A DNA stretch of 64,000 bases from a virus, in IMG/VR virus record IMGVR_UViG_3300024503_000332; one strand, given 5' to 3'. Below the pieces are notes generated by a model, which worked only from the letters and a program-made list of their open reading frames with translations, was not told the origin of the DNA and made no database searches. Made by a program: the position numbers and the translations under genes. This document shows positions 1 to 9,199 of this stretch, piece by piece; within the stretch, counting starts at the first letter, position 1, and each line of letters begins with the position of its first letter.

Positions 1-128
1 CACTTTCTACGTGCTTCTGCTAGTTGCGTCTCAGTAAGTGAATGCCAACCAACACACACACCAGTGGGAGAACGGCCGCAGCCACACTTTCCAAAAACAT
101 CATCACCTTCTGTTGCTCTTATCTGCAT
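1..128 (-). CDS. Small CDGSH-like Cys/His metal-binding protein (partial, runs off window; not in ORF track)
   Basis: Hand translation MQIRATEGDDVFGKCGCGRSPTGVCVGWHSLTE...; C-x-C-GRS-x4-C-x-G-x-H resembles the CDGSH motif; ATG overlaps the stop of the upstream HIT gene. Confidence 0.6.
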   Translation of the reverse strand, partial: MQIRATEGDDVFGKCGCGRSPTGVCVGWHSLTETQLAEARRK

Positions 129-526
129 TATTTTTCCTTTTTGTAGTTACCTTTTTCTGGAATGACATGTCTCACACCTCCGGTGGGGTCATCCATATCT
201 CCTGTACGTCTTGGAATAAGATGTACATGTGGCCAGCCAACAGTTTGGCCTGCAGACTTGCCGTAGTTAAATCCAACATTGAACCCATCGCACTCGCCTC
301 TTTCGATCATACGCATACCATCGGCTACGGCACTTTCAAACGCATCCATAAGCACATGTATGGTGTTGTATTTAGGCACGAATAACAAATGACCTTCAGT
401 CACTGGATATTTGTCATAGAAAACTTTTATATGGAAATCTTCTTCTAAGAGATTATCCCAAGGTGCCGTGCTTTCTTCTATAAACATCGGCTGACCTTTC
501 ATCAGTTCTTCTTTATATTCTTTCAT
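128..526 (-). CDS. HIT family nucleotide hydrolase
   Basis: DKYPVTEGHLLFVPK and AGQTVGWPHVHLIPR (histidine triad). Confidence 0.92.
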   Translation of the reverse strand: MKEYKEELMKGQPMFIEESTAPWDNLLEEDFHIKVFYDKYPVTEGHLLFVPKYNTIHVLMDAFESAVADGMRMIERGECDGFNVGFNYGKSAGQTVGWPHVHLIPRRTGDMDDPTGGVRHVIPEKGNYKKEK

Positions 527-762
527 CGAGTAAACTCCCTCCTTTCCTGAGGCAACGCATCTTCTTTGATAGTGAACTCTCGTCCCCCGACACTACCAAC
601 AAACACCTTGGTCCTATCTTGATAGGCCATGCGGATCTTTAGTGTTTGCACCGCTACTTCTAAAATAGCCTTAGGTTTATAGTTCAGTACATGACCTTCG
701 AAGTCTTTTCCGTTGTCTGTACAATGTATTTTTATTTTAGAATCGATCATTTTGACCACCAA
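523..762 (-). CDS. Hypothetical protein
   Basis: 79 aa ORF overlapping both neighbours in the operon. Confidence 0.65.
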   Translation of the reverse strand: MVVKMIDSKIKIHCTDNGKDFEGHVLNYKPKAILEVAVQTLKIRMAYQDRTKVFVGSVGGREFTIKEDALPQERREFTR

Positions 763-1259
763 TCTTCCCAGGGGAAATCAACCCAGACATCATCTTCGGC
801 TTTGTTGATTTCCATGCCAACGTAGTCCATTTTTACATTACACTTGCTGGCTAGATTATCTACTAGAACAGCAAACTTAACATTCTTATTCCACACATAG
901 TTCCAGTGATCGTCATTAGGAAAACATCCACTAGGCCAGTCTTCCATGATCCAGTTAAAGGTAGCACCAGTGTCATTAATATCATCTACGATGAGTATGT
1001 TTTTAGGAAACTCTTGATTGTGCCCAAATGCATCTTCAGCCATCCATAGATTACTATCGCATTCGCCACCGTCTCTAAGACTTACATTCAATGTATTCAA
1101 CGGTACATTAAGATAATGACTGAGCATAACAGCGGGAACAAGCCCACCTCTAGTGAGCCCTACGATATAATCAGGACGCCAACCTCCGGTAGCAATATTC
1201 CTACCGATTTTGCTGACTAGACCAGTCATGTTATGCTGGTCGATTATGAGCTTGTTCAT
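747..1259 (-). CDS. Purine phosphoribosyltransferase (xanthine-guanine PRT-like)
   Basis: IVGLTRGGLVPA, PRPP-binding ILIVDDINDTGAT, C-terminal WVDFPWE. Confidence 0.88.
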   Translation of the reverse strand: MNKLIIDQHNMTGLVSKIGRNIATGGWRPDYIVGLTRGGLVPAVMLSHYLNVPLNTLNVSLRDGGECDSNLWMAEDAFGHNQEFPKNILIVDDINDTGATFNWIMEDWPSGCFPNDDHWNYVWNKNVKFAVLVDNLASKCNVKMDYVGMEINKAEDDVWVDFPWEDWWSK

Positions 1260-1701
1260 ATCTCTCCTTAAGATATTGTTCGTGTTGAATCCATTTGTTC
1301 TTAACTAAGAATCCCCATTCACGCTTATGAGGTCCTGGCATAAACAATGTCCAGGCAGTAACACCTTCTTTCAGTTCGATCCTATGATAAGAATTAGGAC
1401 TACAGATCCTAAAGTGACCAGGGCCACGCCAATGACGGCGCTGACCCAACATAGTACCGTTACTATCAAACTCAGGTACCCATTCATAGTAGCCACCTTT
1501 CAAGATTAGCGTAGCATAAGGCCATGGGTGATCATGCACATCGTCTGGATCACCTTTCAAGAACTTGTGCAAGAATACATTAAAGGGAAAACGATCTCTA
1601 TCTTTTAAGAAAAGATAGTATCGTTCGAGATACGGTTCGTTGTGTACGCGATCATAAATGATGCGTTTTCTTCCTAGCTTATCAAGCAGTTTCAGGAACA
1701 T
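1231..1701 (-). CDS. Cupin-fold protein
   Basis: HDHPW...ILKGGYYE...YHRIEL cupin metal motifs. Confidence 0.7.
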   Translation of the reverse strand: MFLKLLDKLGRKRIIYDRVHNEPYLERYYLFLKDRDRFPFNVFLHKFLKGDPDDVHDHPWPYATLILKGGYYEWVPEFDSNGTMLGQRRHWRGPGHFRICSPNSYHRIELKEGVTAWTLFMPGPHKREWGFLVKNKWIQHEQYLKERYEQAHNRPA

Positions 1702-2116
1702 TCACTTCTTCCTTTAGATATCTAATCAACTCTTTGTCTTTAGGTTGTACGGTATAGTTTTTCTTAAAAAAGATTTCATAACTATCGCTACCATATTTTC
1801 CTATTCCATATAACATTGTAGCATCATTTCCGTCCCAAGTCAAGAAATCAGCAGTCATAAGTTTGAGTCTTTGGAAACGAATATTGTACATTCCTAATGG
1901 CCAAATAACCTCCTTGACTTCGTCTATCGGAGCCCATAAGAACTTTTTGGGAGTAGGCCATTTTTGTAAGAATAACGGCAGTACATATTTTACTGGTTTG
2001 CGTCCAGTTTGGTTCAGCATGATCACACCGACCATATGTTGCCAAGCTCGATTTCTTTTGTTCTTTGCAGGCAACTGTTGTTGAACCATTAGTTCATCTT
2101 TAAGTGGTTGTATCAT
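1682..2116 (-). CDS. HhH-GPD DNA glycosylase, MBD4-like catalytic domain
   Basis: [29 protein letters not shown] and PKDKEL resemble the MBD4 glycosylase domain; start set at the ATG overlapping the guaC stop. Confidence 0.8.
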   Translation of the reverse strand: MIQPLKDELMVQQQLPAKNKRNRAWQHMVGVIMLNQTGRKPVKYVLPLFLQKWPTPKKFLWAPIDEVKEVIWPLGMYNIRFQRLKLMTADFLTWDGNDATMLYGIGKYGSDSYEIFFKKNYTVQPKDKELIRYLKEEVNVPETA

Positions 2117-3132
2117 TTTAAGAACACATCGTTGATCTGTCTGTTGACACGGATAAATGTGGTACACTTACTCAACTGCTTAAGACTAGGAGCACCAACA
2201 TACGTGCAGGTGCTACGCAAGCCGCCTAGTATATCTTGTACAGTTTTCTGTACAGGACCACGATAGGGGATTTCTACAGTACGACCTTCTGAGCTTCGAT
2301 ATTCTGCAACACCGCCGCTATGCTTATTCATAGCAGTCTCTGAACTCATTCCGTAAAATATAACCTTATCATTATCGATATGGCCTCCGCCTTCATCGTG
2401 TCCTGCTAGCATACCGCCTAGCATAACGAAGTCAGCACCAGCGCCAAAGGCTTTTGCCACGTCACCTGGACAGGTACAACCGCCGTCTGCGATGATATGA
2501 GCGCCAAGACCATGAGCAGCATCAGCGCACTCCATAATAGCACTAAGCTGAGGATAACCAACGCCAGTTTGTACACGAGTAGTGCAAACGCTCCCAGGAC
2601 CGATGCCCACTTTAATAATATCTGCTCCACGTAAAACTAACTCCTGTGTCATGTCTGCGGTTACAACATTACCGGCAATGATCGTGCATTTAGGAAATGT
2701 CTTACGGACTTTAGAAATAAAATCACCAAAGTGTTCACTATACCCGTTAGCAACATCTACACAGATAAAATGAATTTCTGGATAGCTGTTTATAATCCTA
2801 GTAAGTCTTTGAAAATCAGCATCACTAGTTCCTGTGCTAACTGCAAAATAGTTTCCGCCGACATTAGCAACAAGATCTTCAAACTGATCTTCGGTATAAG
2901 ATTTTACAAGGCACGTAAACATTCTCTGAGAGTATAGTGCATCGGCCATTTCCATAGTTCCGACACCATCCATGTTTGATGCCATAATGGGAATACCTGA
3001 CCATTCCCATCCGCTGTATTTGAACTTATAAGTTCTATTCAGGTCTACTTCTTTTCTGCTAGAAAGTGTAGATCTTTTAGGCCTTATAAGAACATCTTTG
3101 AAGTCAAGTTTGATTTCGTCTTCGATTCTCAT
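2113..3132 (-). CDS. guaC: GMP reductase
   Basis: [40 protein letters not shown]-like motif, YRSSEGRTV. Confidence 0.95.
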   Translation of the reverse strand: MRIEDEIKLDFKDVLIRPKRSTLSSRKEVDLNRTYKFKYSGWEWSGIPIMASNMDGVGTMEMADALYSQRMFTCLVKSYTEDQFEDLVANVGGNYFAVSTGTSDADFQRLTRIINSYPEIHFICVDVANGYSEHFGDFISKVRKTFPKCTIIAGNVVTADMTQELVLRGADIIKVGIGPGSVCTTRVQTGVGYPQLSAIMECADAAHGLGAHIIADGGCTCPGDVAKAFGAGADFVMLGGMLAGHDEGGGHIDNDKVIFYGMSSETAMNKHSGGVAEYRSSEGRTVEIPYRGPVQKTVQDILGGLRSTCTYVGAPSLKQLSKCTTFIRVNRQINDVFLK

Positions 3133-3872
3133 CGAGGTGCAAACTCCTGTTGCATTTTGATGTTGTCAAAGAATTCTTTCTTCGTTCCAGCATCATCTTT
3201 AAAGGCGCCCTTTAAGACAGTAGTCTGTGTAAGACTAGAGTGTGCCATGATGCCACGATTCTCACAGCAACCATGTGTAGCCTGGATGTAAACTCCTAGG
3301 TCTTTGGCTCCGGTTGCTTTCTGGATTTCCCTAGCAATGTCATTAGCAAGTTCCTCCTGGAGAGTTCCACGTCGGGCACACCACTGGGCGATGCGGGTGT
3401 ACTTTGAGAGTCCAATGAGCTTCTCGGCAGCAATAAGACCAATATAAGCAACACCAACCACAGGTTGGTGATGATGGCTACACATACTGCGAAGCTCACT
3501 GCGAACAACCAGCATACCTTCGTAACGATCCTGCGTGTCATTTGGGAAAGCTGTTGCGTCTGGTGCTGGGTCATATCTTCCTGCCATTATTTCGTTAAAA
3601 TACATTTTAGCTAGTCGGCGAGCGGTGCCCTTGCTGTTAGGATCGCTTTCACGATCGATCAGTAAACGGTCAAGCACTAGTTCAAATGCTTCTGTCGCTT
3701 CGTCGATTAGTTGTTCTTTATCGCCTTCGTGTAAGTAGTCGCTGATGTTGTCACCGGCCCAAAAGCGTTTGCCTTCACGCTTCATCTTAAAGCGAATATG
3801 ATCGCCAAGATAAGCTTCTTCATATCCGCCGTCGCCGAACATGACGTCTAATGCTGTTTCTTTATTTTCCAA
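3129..3872 (-). CDS. folE: GTP cyclohydrolase I
   Basis: [31 protein letters not shown]; TTG start with GGAG SD. Confidence 0.93.
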   Translation of the reverse strand: MENKETALDVMFGDGGYEEAYLGDHIRFKMKREGKRFWAGDNISDYLHEGDKEQLIDEATEAFELVLDRLLIDRESDPNSKGTARRLAKMYFNEIMAGRYDPAPDATAFPNDTQDRYEGMLVVRSELRSMCSHHHQPVVGVAYIGLIAAEKLIGLSKYTRIAQWCARRGTLQEELANDIAREIQKATGAKDLGVYIQATHGCCENRGIMAHSSLTQTTVLKGAFKDDAGTKKEFFDNIKMQQEFAPR

Positions 3873-3881
3873 GTTGATTTT

Positions 3882-3907
3882 CTCCGAGTTAATGTCGTGG
3901 ATGACAT
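3882..3907 (-). promoter_or_regulatory. folE 5' leader hairpin (candidate cis-regulatory RNA)
   Basis: AUGUC-AUCCAC-GACAU followed by UAACUC-GGAG; the loop UCC can pair with GGA of the SD. Confidence 0.35.
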
Positions 3908-3915
3908 AATGTATA

Positions 3916-5013
3916 TTATTTTAACTTCTCTAGTAACTTATTGCAACTAAAAAAGTTTTCTGTTAATCGATCTACCTGTTTATTTAGGCGGGGGAGGTAA
4001 GATTTATAATTTTCCATGTAGTGTTGGACTCTGTCTACGACTGCGTTTCTATGCTTGGTATAGGCATCAAACGACTCAGTCCATTCACTAGGATATTTGA
4101 AATCTTCCATTGCCATTTCGCTGTAGCTTAAACGATCTGGAACCATAGGAATAGCATCTACGATAGCACCTTCGTACCAACTAATACCCAATGTTTCTTG
4201 CAGGTTTGCACTAAACACTAGTTTGGCCTCTCCGAGCATGTTATGATATTCTCTTTTAGTGAGCTGTTGTTCTTGACAGACTACAAACTCGTATTGAGGA
4301 AGATGTTCTTTTAGATCTTGAAATATCTCTATCTGTTTCTCCGGAGCGATACGATGTGGAAATAAGATAAGATCGCGCTTTGGCATATTCTTATACATGA
4401 CCAAAGTATCTTTCATATATTCCATGGGCCATCCAGAGCGAACGATTTTACCGCTATCGTAACGCTCTTCCCAGTCTTCGTAGTACCAAGGATTCTCGCT
4501 AGGGATTCCTCCATGTAAGAGTTCATCGAAGAACAGTCTTACATGGAACTCTGTGGCAAAGTAGTTATAATCGATTGAATGATAGAAACTCTTCTCAGCG
4601 TTTCTAACCCAAGGAGCATTACCAATAAGGCGTCCTAAGAAGTCTTGAGGATCATAACTGCCAGCATGCCATAGAGCATGAATCTTGACAGGAATGCCAA
4701 GAAGTTCGCTCATGTATTTGAGGTTAATGATCCCAGGATGCCAAGCATCTGCAAAAATAAAATGATCACCAGGGCCCACTGATCCGGAGCAAAATAGTCT
4801 GCCAATTTTCTCAACTTGACTAGACTTGTATATATTGGTGCCACCAAAATTAAGAAAAGCACCAGGAGTAGTGGCCGCAGGAATATCCGTAGGGCCATCG
4901 ATAACTTGAACATCATGCCCCTCCTTTTTGAGAAGTGCAGGGAAATGGGTTTTCCATTCGCAAGTGTAACGAGTTTCAACTGATTCCAAATCTACTAGGA
5001 AAACCCTTGCCAT
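3916..5013 (-). CDS. GT-B fold (GT4-like) glycosyltransferase
   Basis: LILFPHRIAPEKQ and SANLQETLGISWYEG (E-x7-E), PDRLSYSE. Confidence 0.8.
   Translation of the reverse strand: MARVFLVDLESVETRYTCEWKTHFPALLKKEGHDVQVIDGPTDIPAATTPGAFLNFGGTNIYKSSQVEKIGRLFCSGSVGPGDHFIFADAWHPGIINLKYMSELLGIPVKIHALWHAGSYDPQDFLGRLIGNAPWVRNAEKSFYHSIDYNYFATEFHVRLFFDELLHGGIPSENPWYYEDWEERYDSGKIVRSGWPMEYMKDTLVMYKNMPKRDLILFPHRIAPEKQIEIFQDLKEHLPQYEFVVCQEQQLTKREYHNMLGEAKLVFSANLQETLGISWYEGAIVDAIPMVPDRLSYSEMAMEDFKYPSEWTESFDAYTKHRNAVVDRVQHYMENYKSYLPRLNKQVDRLTENFFSCNKLLEKLK
3918..3946 (-). promoter_or_regulatory. Sigma70-type promoter for folE
   Basis: TTGCAA-17 nt-TAAAAT. Confidence 0.55.
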
Positions 5014-5270
5014 TAGTTGCCCCTGCGGTTGTAATGTGGTCTTTGACCATTATGAGAACGTTCACCACGATCGACCCAAGGTCTACGTGGACGCTTACTT
5101 GCTAGATAAGCCTGATAGTTTGCAGAATCTTTCTTGTAAAGATCTGCGGGATTGAACTCACGTAACTCAAACCTGCAGAAGTCGAGGTACGCATCTAGAT
5201 CGTCAAAGATTTTGACGATGTCAGGACGTCTTTCAAAATATTTGAAATCCTTGTAGTTTTTACTCATCAT
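5013..5270 (-). CDS. Hypothetical protein
   Basis: 85 aa ORF, translationally coupled. Confidence 0.65.
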   Translation of the reverse strand: MMSKNYKDFKYFERRPDIVKIFDDLDAYLDFCRFELREFNPADLYKKDSANYQAYLASKRPRRPWVDRGERSHNGQRPHYNRRGN

Positions 5271-5276
5271 TGTTCC

Positions 5277-5672
5277 TTAGTATTTGATGAATGAACCATT
5301 TTCTCCGTCTTCGGAGACCTCAATCCAAATCTCACGATTTGGATACTTTTGTGAAATCATGTCATATAAATCATCTGACATCATTTCGCAACTCTTGTAG
5401 TCAAGCTTCAAAACGGAATCTTGACCATTATACAACGACTCGAGCCATCGTTTGAACTGGATGAACTCGATGTCCCTGTCATTGTGCTGCACACTGATCC
5501 ACACCCTGAAGTGAAAGATATGGCGATGAGGAGTGGCAAGAAACGATACATCGTATTCATCTCCTGTAGCTAGGTTAGGATCTGTGGCCGCCGCCGGAAA
5601 GCAGTGAATACCTTCTTTACGGAAAGTGACCCAGATCATTTTGTTAGGACGAATGTCCTGTCGGATAATCAT
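5277..5672 (-). CDS. QueD/6-pyruvoyl-tetrahydropterin synthase-like T-fold protein
   Basis: EGIHC, PHRHIFHF, SCEMM and C-terminal IEVSEDGENG match the QueD-like metal/T-fold pattern. Confidence 0.65.
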   Translation of the reverse strand: MIIRQDIRPNKMIWVTFRKEGIHCFPAAATDPNLATGDEYDVSFLATPHRHIFHFRVWISVQHNDRDIEFIQFKRWLESLYNGQDSVLKLDYKSCEMMSDDLYDMISQKYPNREIWIEVSEDGENGSFIKY

Positions 5673-5881
5673 ATCTGTTGTAGTCCTTCTACTAGATCGT
5701 TGATTTCTTCTTTGGTCATAAAGAAGTTATAAGTGCTAGAATCTACTACCTTGCCTTTATTTAGGCTTTCTTGGATAAAATCTAGTGCGATTAGTTCTTT
5801 AGGAGAAAGACAAGGCACAGCTTTTACACGAACTCGAAAACCTTCGTTTTCTTTTACTATAAACTCTTTAGTTACTCTCAT
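5669..5881 (-). CDS. Hypothetical protein
   Basis: 70 aa ORF with ATGA overlaps. Confidence 0.6.
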   Translation of the reverse strand: MRVTKEFIVKENEGFRVRVKAVPCLSPKELIALDFIQESLNKGKVVDSSTYNFFMTKEEINDLVEGLQQI

Positions 5882-6213
5882 GCTTTAAGTCCTTCCATAG
5901 TAATGATCTTACCTATTTCTTCCCCAAGGTCTTTATCATCGGTAACAATGTAAAGCCCGTTGCTACTCGTATCACGCTTATTATCATACTTTCGTGTTTC
6001 GATAATCGTTCCGCCGTTTGCTTTGTAGACTTTTAAGTTAAATCCGTTTGCATCGACAGACCTGCCAACTTCTACCATCGCTTGTGCGCCAATCATACCA
6101 GTGCCCATTTTTATGTTCCTTGATTCTTTATAGTTGACAGCTTCTTCGTACCTATCCTTATTTTCCCACATGTCACGGACTTTGCCGTACAACCATTTAT
6201 CAAAAATATTCAT
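5878..6213 (-). CDS. Hypothetical protein
   Basis: Start at an ATGA overlap with the upstream gene. Confidence 0.6.
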   Translation of the reverse strand: MNIFDKWLYGKVRDMWENKDRYEEAVNYKESRNIKMGTGMIGAQAMVEVGRSVDANGFNLKVYKANGGTIIETRKYDNKRDTSSNGLYIVTDDKDLGEEIGKIITMEGLKA

Positions 6214-6761
6214 TTGATTATTTCGTCTTTGCCATATTGATCCCAACTTGTGAAGCGATCTCTTCCGAGTAGGTCATGCAGGTTATGGCACCAAACCCCA
6301 TGATTAGTTGCATCAAAATCCTTGTCGTCAATCTTTAGTGTAGCATTATATCCTAGCTGTGAGAGATAGGGAATCTTTACACTGATCTGAGGAATAAACT
6401 TTCTATTCTCAACAAGGCCGCTTTCTAATAGACCTTCGACCTGAGCAACGTCTAAGTCTAAGGTACACCAGTAACCTGCATCGAGGCATTCTTCGATCAT
6501 GTATTCCCATTCACCCCAACCGTCAGCATCGTTGACAGCTAACTTAGGAAAACTCTGGTTAGCACCGAAATAGATATGTTTAATGCGCCTAGACTCGTCG
6601 AGAAGGGGTTGTGTGTCGTTAGCGATGTGCAAAATAATCGCTGGATCTTGAACTCCTACTACAAACAGAGTCTTCATTTTATATGCAGGAGTATGTTCTA
6701 CTTCTACACCTACAAAGAAGGAGGCGGTGTCAGTGATACCTGTTGAGTAATCGCGCTTCAT
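6210..6761 (-). CDS. Hypothetical protein in the deazaguanine cluster
   Basis: 183 aa; enzyme-like motifs GVEVEHTPA, HIYFGANQSF, ATNHGVWCH. Confidence 0.7.
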   Translation of the reverse strand: MKRDYSTGITDTASFFVGVEVEHTPAYKMKTLFVVGVQDPAIILHIANDTQPLLDESRRIKHIYFGANQSFPKLAVNDADGWGEWEYMIEECLDAGYWCTLDLDVAQVEGLLESGLVENRKFIPQISVKIPYLSQLGYNATLKIDDKDFDATNHGVWCHNLHDLLGRDRFTSWDQYGKDEIIK

Positions 6762-7312
6762 AGTTCGAATCCGTTTTCTCTGGCTAGTTGATTTTCGGTT
6801 TGAATAGGAAGTCCTGAGTCAGCTGACGCAAAAACTTTCTGTTCTTCGTATATTTTATTGATTTCTTCTCTAGAACGCAAGACCACTTCTCGAATAAAAT
6901 CACCATTTTCGCTGCAGAGGGTAACTTCAAACGGTGCGTAAATATGGACGGCACTATCTTCTTCTTGCCAATCGTGTTCACCATCAAACAACCATCCAGC
7001 ACCACCGTTATAGTATTCTTCTCGGATAGCTTCTTGTTCTTCAACGGTGATATCTTCGCTGAACTCAAAATCTATGCTGATACTGTCATCGAACTCGCAG
7101 CCCCATCCTGGTTGTGTTTTGGCATATGCAACCGGATCATCAGATCGGGGAAGATTGACGTCCATGTCTCCCTCGACGAATCCTTGCCCCCAACGGAAAG
7201 TTTCGTCCATATTGAACCAGCTTATAGTTCCATCTGAGTTTTCACGAAACATCTCGACGTGATAGACAATGCTTTTCTTTTCGAGTGGTTTGATCAGATA
7301 TACTTGATCCAT
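6758..7312 (-). CDS. Hypothetical acidic protein
   Basis: 184 aa ORF in operon. Confidence 0.65.
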   Translation of the reverse strand: MDQVYLIKPLEKKSIVYHVEMFRENSDGTISWFNMDETFRWGQGFVEGDMDVNLPRSDDPVAYAKTQPGWGCEFDDSISIDFEFSEDITVEEQEAIREEYYNGGAGWLFDGEHDWQEEDSAVHIYAPFEVTLCSENGDFIREVVLRSREEINKIYEEQKVFASADSGLPIQTENQLARENGFEL

Positions 7313-7313
7313 T

Positions 7314-7469
7314 TTAGTCTTTCTTAAAGAGATTTTTGATTGATTTTAGAAGATTATAGAATCGCAATGAATGTGGATTGAAATAAGGTGGATGGTTTGG
7401 ACAGCGTCCTTGATTCCAATCACAAGTTATGCTGTATGTTTTACCGCAGGTTGTGCATTTGTCAGTCAT
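7314..7469 (-). CDS. Small Cys-rich putative zinc-binding protein (not in ORF track)
   Basis: MTDKCTTCGKTYSITCDWNQGRCPNHPP...KKD, 51 aa, fills the gap exactly. Confidence 0.6.
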   Translation of the reverse strand: MTDKCTTCGKTYSITCDWNQGRCPNHPPYFNPHSLRFYNLLKSIKNLFKKD

Positions 7470-7653
7470 TATCTTCCTGATAACGTTTTTGCTTATCTTT
7501 CATTATAGAGATTTCATCCTTTAAATGCAACCTCTGTTTCTTCAAAGTTTCAAGTTCTAGGTCGTTAAAGACGCCTGTTCTTTCCAAATTGTCGATCTTT
7601 TTGTTGAGCATACTGTGTGTTTCTTCGAGATGTTTGATTCTGAGTTCATACAT
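7462..7653 (-). CDS. DUF465/YdcH-like coiled-coil protein
   Basis: LEETHSMLNKKI...LKKQRLHLKDEI. Confidence 0.7.
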   Translation of the reverse strand: MYELRIKHLEETHSMLNKKIDNLERTGVFNDLELETLKKQRLHLKDEISIMKDKQKRYQEDND

Positions 7654-7656
7654 GTG

Positions 7657-9198
7657 TTACTCCTGTGTAAGTTCGGTTTCTAAAGCACGTAAATCGTCAT
7701 CATCCTGTTGATCAAAGTTTTCAGGATCAGTTTTTTTGGCATCACCCCAATCAAACAAGTTATTAAACTCGTTATCAGCAGGACCACCTTGTAGTCGAGC
7801 ACCTTCGAGACTCTTTAAGAATCCACCGGCATTATTGATAAGATCAAATGCTTCTGTTTTATCTTTAGTATTAAACAGTTCTTCGATGAATGTGCCGAAA
7901 TAAAGGATCTTTCTAGGAACCCATTCGCTTAACTCGATCTCTTTCTTGCCTTCGAGACCCCAGTTACGCCAATCTGGTTTGAATCTAGTGCATTCGATAT
8001 CCATTAACTGTTGAGCACGTTGTACTGCCTTGATATGACATTCTACATTATGACCCATCATTAGAGCATATGCAAAACTATCCCAACTAGTCTTACCTTC
8101 TTTGCCAAGTTTGTTTAGCATACCGGGAGCCATATAGCAGATATCCCCCATTGTTAATCTGCTACCAAACTCGCTTTCAAAAGGAAACGGAATATCGCTG
8201 CCTGCTAGTGCCTTATTATCAGGAGCCTTGTCCATGATTACTGACCAACGCTTGTTAAGATGTTGTGCATTAGTGTAAACAAGGCCGTGAGCTGTAGCAA
8301 TAAATGGACTAGCGCAGTCAAAGCTAATAGTCAGTTCTGGATTGATGTGCTTACGGATTTGACGTTGGATCTGTGTTAGGTAACAACTCCAGTCTAACTG
8401 TGCTGTACCCAGGAAGTGGATCCAGTTCTTACCGGTTAACATTCCTTCGTCACGCATCACCATCAAACGTTTGAGGGTAATGTCCATCTTGCACATGTTG
8501 GCACCACCAAAGGCCCATCCTTCTGCTTCTTTACCAGCATAGGGGCCATTAGGATCGCTAAACTCTTTAACACCTTCGTACCATTGTTGTGCAGTATCCC
8601 AGTCACCACCTTGAAGCACATTAAGCCATTTAGTTTGCCCTAGGCGATTATCAAGGAAATATTTGTTATTGAAGCGAGTCTTTTCTAGACAGTCTTCAAA
8701 AGTCTTTAGCCCAGTCTTTGGACTGTGAATGTGGTCACACGCCCAAGTCGGAACGTCCAGCATCATAGACCAGTCAGCAGTTAGTTCTAACCACTCAAGA
8801 ATCTTTTTACGAGTCTTGTTAGCTTCTGCACCTTCGAAGTTCAACCAATCAAACTTAAGAACACCTTTACCAATCTGATATCCGCCGGAATCTCCTACGA
8901 TAACGGTACGACCTCTATTACGTTGCTGTATCATTGATTCTTGCTCAAGGCTTTTCTGGAGATCTAACTGAGCATGTCCTGCAGAATACAGCGCATAGGT
9001 ATAGGTAAAGTAACCTTCTTCTTCGTTAAGAAAGTTCATTCCTTCGATACCTCGATCCATTCCTTTAGGAATACGGTCGTTAGGCACAAACTCTTCGAGT
9101 CGTTGTTTAGCTACATAGGTGCTGTAAAAACTACTGATAGCAGGTAGATATACAGCATAATCTTTCTGCAATGGTGTAAGGTGTATTTGTCTTTTCAT
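7657..9198 (-). CDS. TGT/DpdA-like guanine transglycosylase (7-deazaguanine insertion)
   Basis: VGDSGGYQ, MMLDVP, VLQGG, WAFGG, IHFLG and SFDCAS follow the TGT TIM-barrel motif order. Confidence 0.8.
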   Translation of the reverse strand: MKRQIHLTPLQKDYAVYLPAISSFYSTYVAKQRLEEFVPNDRIPKGMDRGIEGMNFLNEEEGYFTYTYALYSAGHAQLDLQKSLEQESMIQQRNRGRTVIVGDSGGYQIGKGVLKFDWLNFEGAEANKTRKKILEWLELTADWSMMLDVPTWACDHIHSPKTGLKTFEDCLEKTRFNNKYFLDNRLGQTKWLNVLQGGDWDTAQQWYEGVKEFSDPNGPYAGKEAEGWAFGGANMCKMDITLKRLMVMRDEGMLTGKNWIHFLGTAQLDWSCYLTQIQRQIRKHINPELTISFDCASPFIATAHGLVYTNAQHLNKRWSVIMDKAPDNKALAGSDIPFPFESEFGSRLTMGDICYMAPGMLNKLGKEGKTSWDSFAYALMMGHNVECHIKAVQRAQQLMDIECTRFKPDWRNWGLEGKKEIELSEWVPRKILYFGTFIEELFNTKDKTEAFDLINNAGGFLKSLEGARLQGGPADNEFNNLFDWGDAKKTDPENFDQQDDDDLRALETELTQE

Positions 9199-9199
9199 A

